A DNA stretch of 64,000 bases from Nitrososphaeria archaeon (GTDB lineage: Archaea > Thermoproteota > Nitrososphaeria > JACIWG01). How positions within the stretch are numbered: the first letter of the stretch is position 1; the number at the start of each line of letters is the position of its first letter. Positions 18,743-28,648 of this stretch are shown here, in pieces. The notes beneath the pieces were generated by a model that saw only the letters and a program-made list of their open reading frames with translations, was not told the origin of the DNA and made no database searches. Location: assembly GCA_963752255.1 (NCBI GenBank), contig CAVVXT010000019.1, positions 256,001 to 320,000 of the forward strand, given 5' to 3'. The position numbers and the translations under genes were made by a program.

Positions 18743-19180
18743 CTACACGATTATAGACGAAAGGTTAGCGATGCGAGGCCATCTTTCAGCGGCCTCTGAC
18801 GCAACAGGACCCTTTATTTCGGTGCCTTTAACCTCACCCTCAGGAGTTATAATCACTGCTGCGTTATCTTCAAAAGACATTCTTGAACCAGAAATACGTC
18901 GTACAGGATACCTCTGCCTAACGACTATCGCTGTAAAGACCTGTTTCTTGAGATCAGGAGGACCCTTCTTGACAACAACACTAATCTTATCGCCTACTGA
19001 AGCAGATGGAATACGTCTAAGCCTACCATGGTACTGCAAGACCTGTACAACCCTCAAAGTCCTTGCACCCGTGTTGTCTGCACAGTTTATGACAGCGGTA
19101 ACAGGAATACCTCTCGTAACATGAGGTTTGAATTCTTGAGAGCCCTTTGCGGATACTGCTCTAGACTTACCGCTTGACAT
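18743..19180 (-). CDS. rpl14: 50S ribosomal protein uL14
   Basis: CADNTGA, FEDNAAV, GPVASEAAERWP. Confidence 0.98.
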   Translation of the reverse strand: MSSGKSRAVSAKGSQEFKPHVTRGIPVTAVINCADNTGARTLRVVQVLQYHGRLRRIPSASVGDKISVVVKKGPPDLKKQVFTAIVVRQRYPVRRISGSRMSFEDNAAVIITPEGEVKGTEIKGPVASEAAERWPRIANLSSIIV

Positions 19181-19181
19181 A

Positions 19182-19508
19182 TTACTTACTACCTCTGTTT
19201 CTTAGTACAACGAAAGATACTGTCTTAGAAAGAGGTCTACATTCACCTAAGGTAACGTTATCACCTACCTCAACAGTGATACACTGCGGAAGTTTCGCGT
19301 GAACCTTCTTTCTTAACCTATAGTATCTATTGAACTTGGTGGAGTACCTTGTAAGCTCTTTTTCGACAACCACAATATTCTTAGCCTCTACACTAGCCAC
19401 TTTACCGGTCTGCAATATTCCCCTAACAGGTAGACTCCCGTGGAAAGGGCACAGCGAATCACTGCACGTTCTTTCTGGAGGTTTTAGGGGGATACCAACA
19501 TTCCTCAC
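19182..19508 (-). CDS. rps17: 30S ribosomal protein uS17
   Basis: CPFHG, GECRPLSKT. Confidence 0.97.
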   Translation of the reverse strand: MRNVGIPLKPPERTCSDSLCPFHGSLPVRGILQTGKVASVEAKNIVVVEKELTRYSTKFNRYYRLRKKVHAKLPQCITVEVGDNVTLGECRPLSKTVSFVVLRNRGSK

Positions 19509-19514
19509 AAAATT

Positions 19515-19784
19515 TCACCTTAACCTTAATAGTCTAATCTCAGGCCTCCCTAAGATGAGGGAGCCTGGAAGTTCTGTCAACTGACCTGAAGGCAGAGTGA
19601 ATTCAAACGTGCAGGCTGCCTTAGGTGCGGCAAGATTACTTCTTCCATTGTTAAAGTATATCATATTCTTGGTCTCCAGCACAACCTTCCCTTTTAAGCC
19701 AACTAAACTTTCAATCTTTGAGTCAACTATTTTAACGTTCAAACACATAAGCTCGTGATATCTTAGATTACTTGGTGTAATCAT
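19515..19784 (-). CDS. rnp1: RNase P protein component 1 (Rpp29/POP4)
   Basis: HEL, GKVVLETKN, GRPEIRL; syntenic between uL29 and uS17. Confidence 0.93.
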   Translation of the reverse strand: MITPSNLRYHELMCLNVKIVDSKIESLVGLKGKVVLETKNMIYFNNGRSNLAAPKAACTFEFTLPSGQLTELPGSLILGRPEIRLLRLR

Positions 19785-20020
19785 GCTTCCTTCTTCGCCT
19801 CATTTGTTTTGCTGATCTGCCTGAGACTTCTTGTAGTTTCTAGCCTCGCGATATTCCTTCTTACGCTCTTGATCATGCCAGTCTCCTTCTTCAGAGCACC
19901 TCTTGCTGACATACCCCGGAGCCTAGAGTATTCGTTACGGAGCTCAAGTAGCCTTTTTTCGAGCTCCTCTGCGGATAGATTAAGCAACTCCTTCTCCTTC
20001 AGCTTTTTCAACAACTTCAC
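19781..20020 (-). CDS. rpl29: 50S ribosomal protein uL29
   Basis: ELEKRLLELR..VRRNIARLET; true start may be a TTG 2-3 codons in. Confidence 0.95.
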   Translation of the reverse strand: MKLLKKLKEKELLNLSAEELEKRLLELRNEYSRLRGMSARGALKKETGMIKSVRRNIARLETTRSLRQISKTNEAKKEA

Positions 20021-20648
20021 CTTCTTTCACAGGTTCAGCGACCTGCTTTAATTGGAATTCAGGAGTCATTCTACTCTTCAACGCGATTCTGACTTTAACA
20101 CCGAAAAGACCGGCTTTAAGGAGAACGCTCGTTGTACCCTTCAGAACAGCGACCCTAGCAATCTCTCCACTCTTCGGGACTACTCCTGCAACAAACTTTT
20201 GGTAGTGTGCGCGTTCACTCCTTATTTTACCAGAAATTATTATTTCACAACCTAAGGCGCCGGCGTTCATTATCTGATTTAGCGCCCAGATTGCGGTCCT
20301 CCTAAAAGGTGTACCCTTCTGCATAGATGCCGCGATCCTTTCACAAATCACTCTGGGGTTAGCTTCAGGGACTTCAATTTCAGCAACAGAAATCTGTATA
20401 TTATTCAGATTGAACTTCGAAGTAAGCTTATCTGAAATGTCTTTAATTCCTATACCTCTCCTACCGATGACAAGGCCAGGTCGAGTGACGTAAAGAGTCA
20501 ACCTTACACCTAATGGGCCTTCAGAAACTTGAACTCCACCGTATCCGGCGTCCTTCAATTCCTGCTCAAGGTATTCGTCTATCCCTGCGTAAGTCGTCTG
20601 TTTGACCAAAATCTTCTTAATCGGAGAACGCTCTATCTGTTCAGACAT
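19980..20648 (-). CDS. rps3: 30S ribosomal protein uS3
   Basis: AGYGG, RPGLVIGRRG KH domain, GALGCEIIISGK. Confidence 0.97.
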   Translation of the reverse strand: MSEQIERSPIKKILVKQTTYAGIDEYLEQELKDAGYGGVQVSEGPLGVRLTLYVTRPGLVIGRRGIGIKDISDKLTSKFNLNNIQISVAEIEVPEANPRVICERIAASMQKGTPFRRTAIWALNQIMNAGALGCEIIISGKIRSERAHYQKFVAGVVPKSGEIARVAVLKGTTSVLLKAGLFGVKVRIALKSRMTPEFQLKQVAEPVKEGEVVEKAEGEGVA

Positions 20649-20652
20649 AATC

Positions 20653-21117
20653 TTACGCCATCTCCCTCCCAACAAGCTCTATATGAACTAGTACATGAAA
20701 ATTGGGGGAAGAGCGTCCCATAGCCCTTGGGACGAAATCCTTTACCACTAAACCCCTATACGCGTTAGCATGAACAACAGCAACCTTGTCAACATTCATA
20801 CCCTTAAATGAAGCATTATTTTCCAGATTATCTAAAAGCTTTAGAAAAACTTCGGCGGCTTTAACAGGATAACGTCCTGCCACATAGCCAGGAGTAGAAG
20901 ACTTGTGTGAGACCTGCTCATGGTAACGTGCAAAAGATATAGCGACCTTCTTTTTAATAACATCCTCCAAAAGCTTCCTTGCTTTTGCAATATTCATCCC
21001 CTTTATCGTTTTACAGATCTCTCTTGCATGCTTTGGTGAAATATTGACTTCACGAGCGCTAGCCCTAATGTATAAAAGTGGGTCTCCTACTTGGAAGCTG
21101 TACCCAAACTTAGGCAA
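20653..21117 (-). CDS. rpl22: 50S ribosomal protein uL22
   Basis: ISPKHAREIC, GRYPVKAA, PRAMGR. Confidence 0.97.
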   Translation of the reverse strand: MPKFGYSFQVGDPLLYIRASAREVNISPKHAREICKTIKGMNIAKARKLLEDVIKKKVAISFARYHEQVSHKSSTPGYVAGRYPVKAAEVFLKLLDNLENNASFKGMNVDKVAVVHANAYRGLVVKDFVPRAMGRSSPNFHVLVHIELVGREMA

Positions 21118-21535
21118 ATATCATCACCGAGTAAGTTAACCCCAATTTCTATTAGCATAAATACTTTAATTAATTTGGGGGAAAAAAAGTTAAAGGGTAG
21201 CAATAAGACATTATATGAGAAAAAAAGGTTTAAGGACTTTGAATAACAATTGCTTTAAAACCAAGCTGGTTGTGGAGAATAGAGCAAACAGGTGCGCGGG
21301 GAAGATCTTATTCCTCCGGAACAGCAACCGAACCGACTTTAGACCTTTATGCTATATATCACTTTTTATAACTAACCAGCTTTTTCGAGGTCAACGATAA
21401 ATCTAGCCAAGGAGCTTCCTTCAAAATTTATACATACACAAGATAGTAAGATAACAGGGTACATTCCCTTTGTGATCGAAGTTATCACTGCACACAGCGA
21501 CCTTGAAAGAAAACGAGACCTCTATTGGACTTGAT

Positions 21536-21931
21536 CTACTTCAGAGGTACATACAGACTTGAACGGGATGCACCAATGCCTGGGGTGCCGTGAACAACCT
21601 TTTTGTTTGTTATCGCGTATTCTCCGAGATAGTGGCCTATCATCTCAGGTTTTATTTCTACAGGAAAGAACTCTTTTCCATTATGGACTTGAATGGTTGC
21701 ACCGACCATGAATGGTAGAATGATCATGTCCCTTGCATGAGTCTTTACAGGGTTCTTTTTGGGGATTTCCTTCGATTTTTTGACATCGTCGAGAAGTTTT
21801 GTCTTTTCTCTACTTAACCCTCTGTTGAGGGAACGACGCATCCGTGATGGCAGAAGACCGATGAAGATCTCATACGACATTTCCTGCAACTGTTCAAGCG
21901 TGTAACCCCTATACTTAAACTCCTTAGGCGT
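21536..21931 (-). CDS. rps19: 30S ribosomal protein uS19 (apparent ACG start)
   Basis: (M)[14 protein letters not shown].., [31 protein letters not shown]. Confidence 0.97.
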   Translation of the reverse strand, partial: TPKEFKYRGYTLEQLQEMSYEIFIGLLPSRMRRSLNRGLSREKTKLLDDVKKSKEIPKKNPVKTHARDMIILPFMVGATIQVHNGKEFFPVEIKPEMIGHYLGEYAITNKKVVHGTPGIGASRSSLYVPLK

Positions 21932-21935
21932 CCTT

Positions 21936-22670
21936 CTACCTCACCTCTAACATTCTCCTTATACGTTTCCTACCAGTTTTTCTCGGCGCTATGTGACCAA
22001 CTTTTCTGCCAGGTGGGGCATTTCTTGAAGTCGAAGTTGACTTTCCGGGATGCTGGTGTCTGCCTCCACCGAACGGGTGGTGTACGGCAGCCATCGCAAT
22101 ACCTCTCATACGCGGATAGAGTTTGATCTTTGCTTCCATCAAGTGATACTTCGCTCCGGCTTTAAGAAACGGTTTTTCTCCGAAGCCGCCCCCTGCTATT
22201 ACTCCCACTGTGGCTCTACACCTCCCATCAAGTAAAATCATCTTGCCGGATGGGAACTTTATAATACTGCCTTGAGCCGACTGCGAAAACAGTATTGCAG
22301 ATGTGCCGGCGGCTTTAACTAACTTGCCGCCATCTCCTGGATGTCTTTCAATATTACATATGGTGGAACCTTCGAGGACTTCTTTAAGCATCAAAATATT
22401 ACCATTTCTCATTCCGGCCTTCGGCCCCAGTTCGATATCTGAACCAACTACGGTGCCCTTGATTGCAGGAAGGTAATAGAACTTTTCTCCGATCTTCAAT
22501 TGAGCCAATGGTGCCATTCTTCCACGTTCATGTTGCAGTCTCATAACTGAGCCTACAGTCTTCTCTTCGCTAATAGGCGGGTAAAGCGTCTGACTAATTT
22601 TGCCAACCTTAGGGGCACGATACTGTGAATGCCCCATCCCTCTTCTCTGCTGAATCAACGACTTGCCCAT
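21936..22670 (-). CDS. rpl2: 50S ribosomal protein uL2
   Basis: [25 protein letters not shown]. Confidence 0.98.
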   Translation of the reverse strand: MGKSLIQQRRGMGHSQYRAPKVGKISQTLYPPISEEKTVGSVMRLQHERGRMAPLAQLKIGEKFYYLPAIKGTVVGSDIELGPKAGMRNGNILMLKEVLEGSTICNIERHPGDGGKLVKAAGTSAILFSQSAQGSIIKFPSGKMILLDGRCRATVGVIAGGGFGEKPFLKAGAKYHLMEAKIKLYPRMRGIAMAAVHHPFGGGRHQHPGKSTSTSRNAPPGRKVGHIAPRKTGRKRIRRMLEVR

Positions 22671-22682
22671 TTACAATCACCA

Positions 22683-22949
22683 CTATACTATACCGATCTT
22701 TGAAGCCAGCTCCGATGCGGGATACTCGTTCGCAAGACGCACATAAGCCTTTTTCCCCTTTTTTGTGATAAGAAGGTTAACCTTATCAACTTTAACATCG
22801 TATAGCGTTTCAACAGCATCCTTTACCTTATCCTTGTCACCCTTTCCATCGACAATGAAAGTTATAGTATTGTTATTGTTAATAAGTATCGACGTCTTTT
22901 CAGTAATATAAGGATATTTGACAACCTTCAAAGCTTCGATCTGGTTCAT
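22683..22949 (-). CDS. rpl23: 50S ribosomal protein uL23
   Basis: PYITEK, KKAYVRL. Confidence 0.97.
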   Translation of the reverse strand: MNQIEALKVVKYPYITEKTSILINNNNTITFIVDGKGDKDKVKDAVETLYDVKVDKVNLLITKKGKKAYVRLANEYPASELASKIGIV

Positions 22950-23743
22950 GATACAACACCTTTGAACTTCTCATCCAGCTTACTTAGCGCTGACTCGGTC
23001 CAAATAGCGAATCTTAAAGGATGACCTCCTGTAACAAAATCAAGAACAGATAGTGAAGAGACGTCAACAACCTTCACACCTGGAATATTCCCAGCGGCGT
23101 TCATTAGACCACTTTCCTTAGAGGACACTACTATAAGAGGCCCAACCGGAACACGTTTTCCACGACCCCTTCTTCTAGCATTTCCACTTCTCTTCTTTAT
23201 GCCATCCTTTATCCTCTGCATTTCTTCCTCCAATCCCCAGAGCTTGAAGGCGCTGATAATATCCTTAACCTTTGTAACCTGCTCAAAGTCTGACGTGACA
23301 ATGAATGGGAATGAGGGAACGTTCTGAACTTTGTGGCCTCTATTCTCCGCAACCTCCTTCAAAGAAGTAGCTGAGATTGCAGATGCTAAGGCCAGCAATC
23401 GTTCTTTCTTGTTAACTTTCCTGTAGATAACCTTCTCAGCCTTCAAGGGATGAGGCAACCTACCTTTAACAACGCTGGCAACTCCAGCTGCTTGACCTGA
23501 TCTGCTATATCTTTCACCTTTAACCCGTGGAACCCTCGCTACACCCCTGCCGGTTTGCCAAGAAATAGCGGAAGTCTTCTCACCAGCCCGTGGATCTCTT
23601 CCTTGAGGCTGCAGTGAATGAGTCCACTGCGCAAGATACACATTGTGTATTACATCTGGTCTGTAGCGTACTGTGAAAACCATAGGAAGGGATATCTGGG
23701 ACTTCTCGGAACCGTCAAGACCGTAAACTGGAACCTCAAGCAT
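22946..23743 (-). CDS. rpl4: 50S ribosomal protein uL4
   Basis: RPDVI, TSAISW.TGRGVARVPR, NIPGV. Confidence 0.97.
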   Translation of the reverse strand: MLEVPVYGLDGSEKSQISLPMVFTVRYRPDVIHNVYLAQWTHSLQPQGRDPRAGEKTSAISWQTGRGVARVPRVKGERYSRSGQAAGVASVVKGRLPHPLKAEKVIYRKVNKKERLLALASAISATSLKEVAENRGHKVQNVPSFPFIVTSDFEQVTKVKDIISAFKLWGLEEEMQRIKDGIKKRSGNARRRGRGKRVPVGPLIVVSSKESGLMNAAGNIPGVKVVDVSSLSVLDFVTGGHPLRFAIWTESALSKLDEKFKGVVS

Positions 23744-24768
23744 TAGGCGGCACCCTTAATCGAAATAGGCGATACACCCATCTGAATGATCTTGGGAGCC
23801 ACTGGCTTCTCAGACCTCTTCCTCATCGCGAACCTCATGACAACTGGACGTTTAGGTGGTCCCTGTACACTACCGTCGATGATCAAATAGTCTCCCTTGA
23901 CAACACCAAAGTGATCAAAACCTCCTTTGGGATTGAACATCGTGTCTGCGCCAGTGGAATCAGCCAATAGAACCCTCTTGCCATATTCCACCCTTTGACT
24001 GAAGCCCATCTGACCTGCTCTAGCAACAGTATAGACGACAGTAGCTGGATGCCATGGACCAATACATCCTACAGCTCTAACACTCTTTCTTGACTTGTGC
24101 TGTTTCTTCTTTATACCGAATCTTTTAACGGGGCCTTGGAAGCCCTTGCCTCTGGTTATTCCTATCGTGTCAATATATTCTCCTGGTCTGAAAACGTCTT
24201 TAGCGCGTATCTGACTGCCAAGAATCGATTTTGCATAATCCAATTTCTCCTTAAGAGATTTGCCTCCACCGACTTCTACTTCATAGACGATCGGATTCTT
24301 CTGAGACAGATTAGTTTGTGATGGTTCAGCACCTACAAAAATCATAACACGTTTAGTCTTTTCAGCAAAACTATCTAAAGCATTAACATCGAACTTCTTC
24401 TTCAAACAACCTTTTGGCAGCACACGCTCATAGACCTTTGGAAGCTTGTCAGAATAAACTTCAGTGATAGCATATTCACCTTTAACGTCTTTACCGTACA
24501 ATCTTATTCCACAAACAGTTAATGGAGGAGAAGAAACAATTGTTGTAACTCTGAAGACTGGTTTACCAAAAGTTGGAGTATTGGGATTATCTCCTGTGAC
24601 AATGGCATGTGTCGTGCCAGCTTTGAAGCCTACAAAACCCAATAAGATAGGCTTAGGGCTATCAATGTCAGCCCAGTTCTTTACACGCGGTGCGATATCA
24701 CCAGCCCTTCCTCTTGGGCGAAAAGCCAGCGAACCATGCCTCGGAGCACTCTGCTTTCTATGACCCAC
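23743..24768 (-). CDS. rpl3: 50S ribosomal protein uL3
   Basis: PRHGSLAFRPR, GFKAG, GKGFQGPVKRFG, RAGQMG. Confidence 0.98.
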   Translation of the reverse strand: MGHRKQSAPRHGSLAFRPRGRAGDIAPRVKNWADIDSPKPILLGFVGFKAGTTHAIVTGDNPNTPTFGKPVFRVTTIVSSPPLTVCGIRLYGKDVKGEYAITEVYSDKLPKVYERVLPKGCLKKKFDVNALDSFAEKTKRVMIFVGAEPSQTNLSQKNPIVYEVEVGGGKSLKEKLDYAKSILGSQIRAKDVFRPGEYIDTIGITRGKGFQGPVKRFGIKKKQHKSRKSVRAVGCIGPWHPATVVYTVARAGQMGFSQRVEYGKRVLLADSTGADTMFNPKGGFDHFGVVKGDYLIIDGSVQGPPKRPVVMRFAMRKRSEKPVAPKIIQMGVSPISIKGAA

Positions 24769-24823
24769 AGTGAATCACTTGCGTATCTTACCATTTCTAA
24801 AGTGTTTTTAAAGGTTTACCTTT

Positions 24824-25678
24824 TTATCCTCGAACTTTCTGGATCAAATTGATTATTGAGAGAGAGATAAGTATTGCTTCTTCAGACCTTACCGTCACCG
24901 TGCCCTGCCCTGGCACGAAGTTTAATGAAAAATCAGCCACTTTTTCCGGTGTCAGATTCTCCTCTTTTAAAATGTCGTAGAGGCCCTTTCTCGGCGAACC
25001 AAAGATCAGGGCAATGCTATCAAATTGCTTTGCGGCACTACATAATTCTCCAAAATGCTCCTCTGCAGGCGCACCTAACCTCGATGTGATAATTTTGAGT
25101 CCGCTGAAACCACTTTTCAGAGCACGCCCAATGGCACCCACCCTAACCACCTTGTAACCCCAATATTCCTTGATTTCCCCAGTAAAAGCCCGTCTACATA
25201 TTATTTCAGGGGTGAGTGCTTGCACGACAGCAGTTATACGTTCACCTTCGAAACCATGGCCATCATACTTGATAAGAGACTTTAGACCAACGTCAACGTA
25301 ATTTATACCACTCTTCTTTAGGACAACACCCTCCCTAACATCACCGACCTTAAGGTCCTCCAGATGAATGTACGGCTTGTGATGAGGAGTTCTAAGTGGA
25401 GGAAGAATCCCCGCTTCCCTAAGATTTTCATTCTTTGGGAAAAGATGCTTTCTGAGATACTGGGGGGCCTCTGCATACTCTAGGATAAGTTTCATGATCT
25501 TGAAGTCCTGCTCAAAGGGCCCAATTTCTTTGTAGATGTAGATCTTTTCCACTTTGAAGATCGAACAAGATCTTGCTATCGAGCCCAGCTTGAGAGTCTT
25601 ATCCCTCAGATTTGACTCCTCACAGAGAATAGAATCTGGAATATAGATTGACAGGACCATGTCAACCATGGCTAACAC
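24824..25678 (-). CDS. SPOUT RNA methyltransferase (DUF171/COG2106)
   Basis: PQYLRK, GILPPLRTPHH, YWGY, QGTVTVRSEEA; conserved upstream of rpl3 in archaea. Confidence 0.93.
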   Translation of the reverse strand: MLAMVDMVLSIYIPDSILCEESNLRDKTLKLGSIARSCSIFKVEKIYIYKEIGPFEQDFKIMKLILEYAEAPQYLRKHLFPKNENLREAGILPPLRTPHHKPYIHLEDLKVGDVREGVVLKKSGINYVDVGLKSLIKYDGHGFEGERITAVVQALTPEIICRRAFTGEIKEYWGYKVVRVGAIGRALKSGFSGLKIITSRLGAPAEEHFGELCSAAKQFDSIALIFGSPRKGLYDILKEENLTPEKVADFSLNFVPGQGTVTVRSEEAILISLSIINLIQKVRG

Positions 25679-25721
25679 TTAATATTATATATGCTGTACT
25701 AGGAGGCTTAGTCGATAAAGG

Positions 25722-26102
25722 ATGTCAGAAGAGGATAACGAACTAAAGATACTTAAAGCAAGGAGGTACGCTGAGATGGCGAAAAAACTGCAAGAGCAGA
25801 CTAAAGTAACAAAGGTGAAGACGCCAAGGGACATATTGCTAGAACAATTAACAGACAGAGGAGACGAAGTCCTTTTCAAAGCGGAACAGAGCTATCCTAA
25901 GGAGATGCAGATTGTCGAAGAAAAACTTGCTGAACTCATCAAAACAGGTGAGATAAATCAGAAGATAAAAGGAGGCCAACTATTACAGCTTCTGAGGATG
26001 CTCGGTTTGAATGTGGCAATTGAAACTAAGATCGAATTCTATGAAGACGGAGAGTTTATATCCTTCCAGGATAAAGTCAAGAAATCCATTGAGAAAGACT
26101 AG
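25722..26102 (+). CDS. PDCD5/TFAR19-like dsDNA-binding protein
   Basis: DNELKILKARRYAEM N-terminus, LIKTGEI..KI..LLQLL. Confidence 0.8.
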   Translation: MSEEDNELKILKARRYAEMAKKLQEQTKVTKVKTPRDILLEQLTDRGDEVLFKAEQSYPKEMQIVEEKLAELIKTGEINQKIKGGQLLQLLRMLGLNVAIETKIEFYEDGEFISFQDKVKKSIEKD

Positions 26103-26261
26103 AATTTTTTCATGCGCACTTTCCTTACAGGTTTAGTAGAGTTTCGCCTGTCCTTTCATATACAACCTTTAACAAAATCCTCACCTTAGAAAGTTCTCAG
26201 TCATCATTCTCTATACTATGCTGTTAATAATTTACTTAAACAAAAAAGAAAATGTTTCCAT

Positions 26262-27293
26262 TTATTGTTTGATATGGTTCATGGCCTTTTCAGCGATGGC
26301 TTTTGCCATACCAAGGGTGGAAGCGTTTCCTCCTAAATCGTATGACACGTTCTTTTTTTCGGCAATCACTTCTTCTGTAGCATCAAAGATCGCTTTGCCA
26401 GGCGCCATTTCACCAAGGTACATCAACATCCATGCGGCTGAGAGTATCATGGCTGTTGGATTAACTTTGTACAGGCCCTTATATTTCGGAGCGCTACCAT
26501 GAGCAGGCTCAAATAATGCATAACCATCCCCGAAGTTTGCGGAGTATATGCATCCAATGCTACCTACAAGACCGGAAGCTTCCTCAGATATGATGTCCAT
26601 GAACAGGTTTGAGCCTAGTATGATGTTCTGATTGAACCTTTGTGGGTTCTTAACAAGCTGCTGGGACATATTGTCAATATAATATTCTTCAAATTCTATC
26701 CCTCGGAAACTTTTGGAAATCTTGTCAACAGATTCCATAAAGATTCCATCACATTCTCTCATTATATTCCGTTTTGTGACAACAACTATCTTCGTCCACC
26801 CTCTTTCTTCGGCGAGCTTGAATGCCTTTCTTGCAACCTTTTCAGACTGTTTTCTAGTAATCTTTCTTATAGCAATTGCAGCATCATCGCCGATTTTATG
26901 CTCTAAGCCACTATAGAGACCTTCAGTGGTTTCTCTAACACATACAAAATCGACTTCACCAAGAGGACCTTCGAAGCCCTTGAACGTTTTAATAGGTCTG
27001 ACATTTGCATAAAGGTCAAATTTCTGTCGAATACTGACGACGACACTCCTAGGGGCGCCACTTATCGATGGGGTGGTTAAAGGCGCCTTCAGGCACACAT
27101 CTACTCCCTTAAGCTTTTCCCATGTTGCGTTGGGGATAAAGGATTCTCCTCCATGAGTCTGCCACCATTCGTAGCCTGCATCACATTCAATAAAATCGAT
27201 CTTCGGTTTTACAGAGTCAAAAACGATCTTTACAGCTTCAACTAGTTCAGGACCTACTCCATCACCCTTAATTAATGCAACTTGCTTAGCCAA
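26262..27293 (-). CDS. isocitrate/isopropylmalate/homoisocitrate dehydrogenase family
   Basis: GDGVGPE, DLYANVRP, RETTEGLY, FEPAHGSAP, NPTA. Confidence 0.93.
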   Translation of the reverse strand: MAKQVALIKGDGVGPELVEAVKIVFDSVKPKIDFIECDAGYEWWQTHGGESFIPNATWEKLKGVDVCLKAPLTTPSISGAPRSVVVSIRQKFDLYANVRPIKTFKGFEGPLGEVDFVCVRETTEGLYSGLEHKIGDDAAIAIRKITRKQSEKVARKAFKLAEERGWTKIVVVTKRNIMRECDGIFMESVDKISKSFRGIEFEEYYIDNMSQQLVKNPQRFNQNIILGSNLFMDIISEEASGLVGSIGCIYSANFGDGYALFEPAHGSAPKYKGLYKVNPTAMILSAAWMLMYLGEMAPGKAIFDATEEVIAEKKNVSYDLGGNASTLGMAKAIAEKAMNHIKQ

Positions 27294-27613
27294 CTATATA
27301 CACTATAAGAGCTCCGTATAGTTGTCAATTAAATCTTTCGCATAACATAATTATAAAATCTTAACTCGAAAACCAGTCGCAATAAAAAATAAGATTTCAT
27401 GTGAGAACCAAATTTTCCTGATATCGAAGTAATGACGTAAATAACGCATGCTTTGGCTTTCAAATAAATGAAAGGGAAAGAATGGATTTAGTTAAGCCTT
27501 TAATTACATTAAATTGTAAAAAAAGCTGGTGCTGCACTTGGAGGTCGTTCTAATGTTAGAACAATTCGTTCAAATTATAGAATTATCTCTACTACCATAC
27601 ATCACATAAAGCG

Positions 27614-28379
27614 ATGGAAATGAACAAAGAACAAAAGATATTGACAATCTCTATATTGGCGCTTGCGATAGTTCTTATATCAAGCTCCTTATATCCGATA
27701 CTAGTGAGCACTTCAACCACTGACACAAATATACCGGCGGAACATACTATTTCAGTTATCGGAACAGGGGATGTCAAAGTCAACCCTGACCTAGCAAGAA
27801 TCCTATTCAGCGCAGTTACCGAAGGAAATACAACAAAAGATGCGGTAGCGATGAATTCTGAAATCTTCAACAAACTTTTAGACAGATTAACGGGGATAGG
27901 CATAACCAAAGACCAGATACAGACAACTGGTTACAACATCTACCCAGTCTACGAATATCCAAAGGACAACAGTCAACCCTACATAATGGGATACACAGTT
28001 CAACACGATCTAAGAGGTGTCAGTTAATAATTCAGATGTGACACAACTAGGAGTGACCGCAGGAAATGTAATCGATGAAGCAGTTGCGGCTGGCATCAAC
28101 CAGGTATCGGGAGTACAGTTCACTGTGTCAGAGCAAAGCCTTAAGCAGTTAAATAGTCAAGTAATACAATTAGCAATATCCGAAGCTTCAGATAAGGCAA
28201 ACATTACAGCTAAAGCATTAGGTGTTAAGATCGTTGGTGTACAGTCAACTAGTGAGAGTTCACTGACTCCATATCCTGTCTTCAACACAGTAGACGCAAA
28301 GCAAGCACAAGGAACGATATTTATTCCGGGAACAGTCACAATATCAACTTCGATAAATATTGTATACATCATAGGCTAG
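27614..28379 (+). CDS. SIMPL/DUF541 protein, split by a +1 indel near 28012
   Basis: Signal anchor, ISVIGTGDVKVNPD; second frame DEAVAAGINQV..ALGVKI. Confidence 0.85.
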
Positions 28380-28648
28380 CGAAAAAACCTAACTATTCAT
28401 CAATGAAGGCAAATTGGATGATAAGGCCTTCCCTCCCTTTTTATTAACGAGCATTAATAAAAATGATACTGCAGCTAAAAGTCAACAAAAAAATACTCCT
28501 TGATTTGAATAAAAATGAGAACATATTTCCTGAAACAAATTCGTAATAAAAGAAGGAAAATTTATCGATGAGAAAGGTATAAAACCAAGGCAGACAAATA
28601 TATAGCTGAGTTGAGAGAAAAGATAGAGTTCAATGAAATAAAGGGTTT

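Noticed and set aside
16528-18745. Genome-wide TAG recoding (pyrrolysine)
   Set aside because: TAG ends uL14, uS14 and uS8 in frame with the next gene, so readthrough would fuse ribosomal proteins; TAG is clearly a stop here
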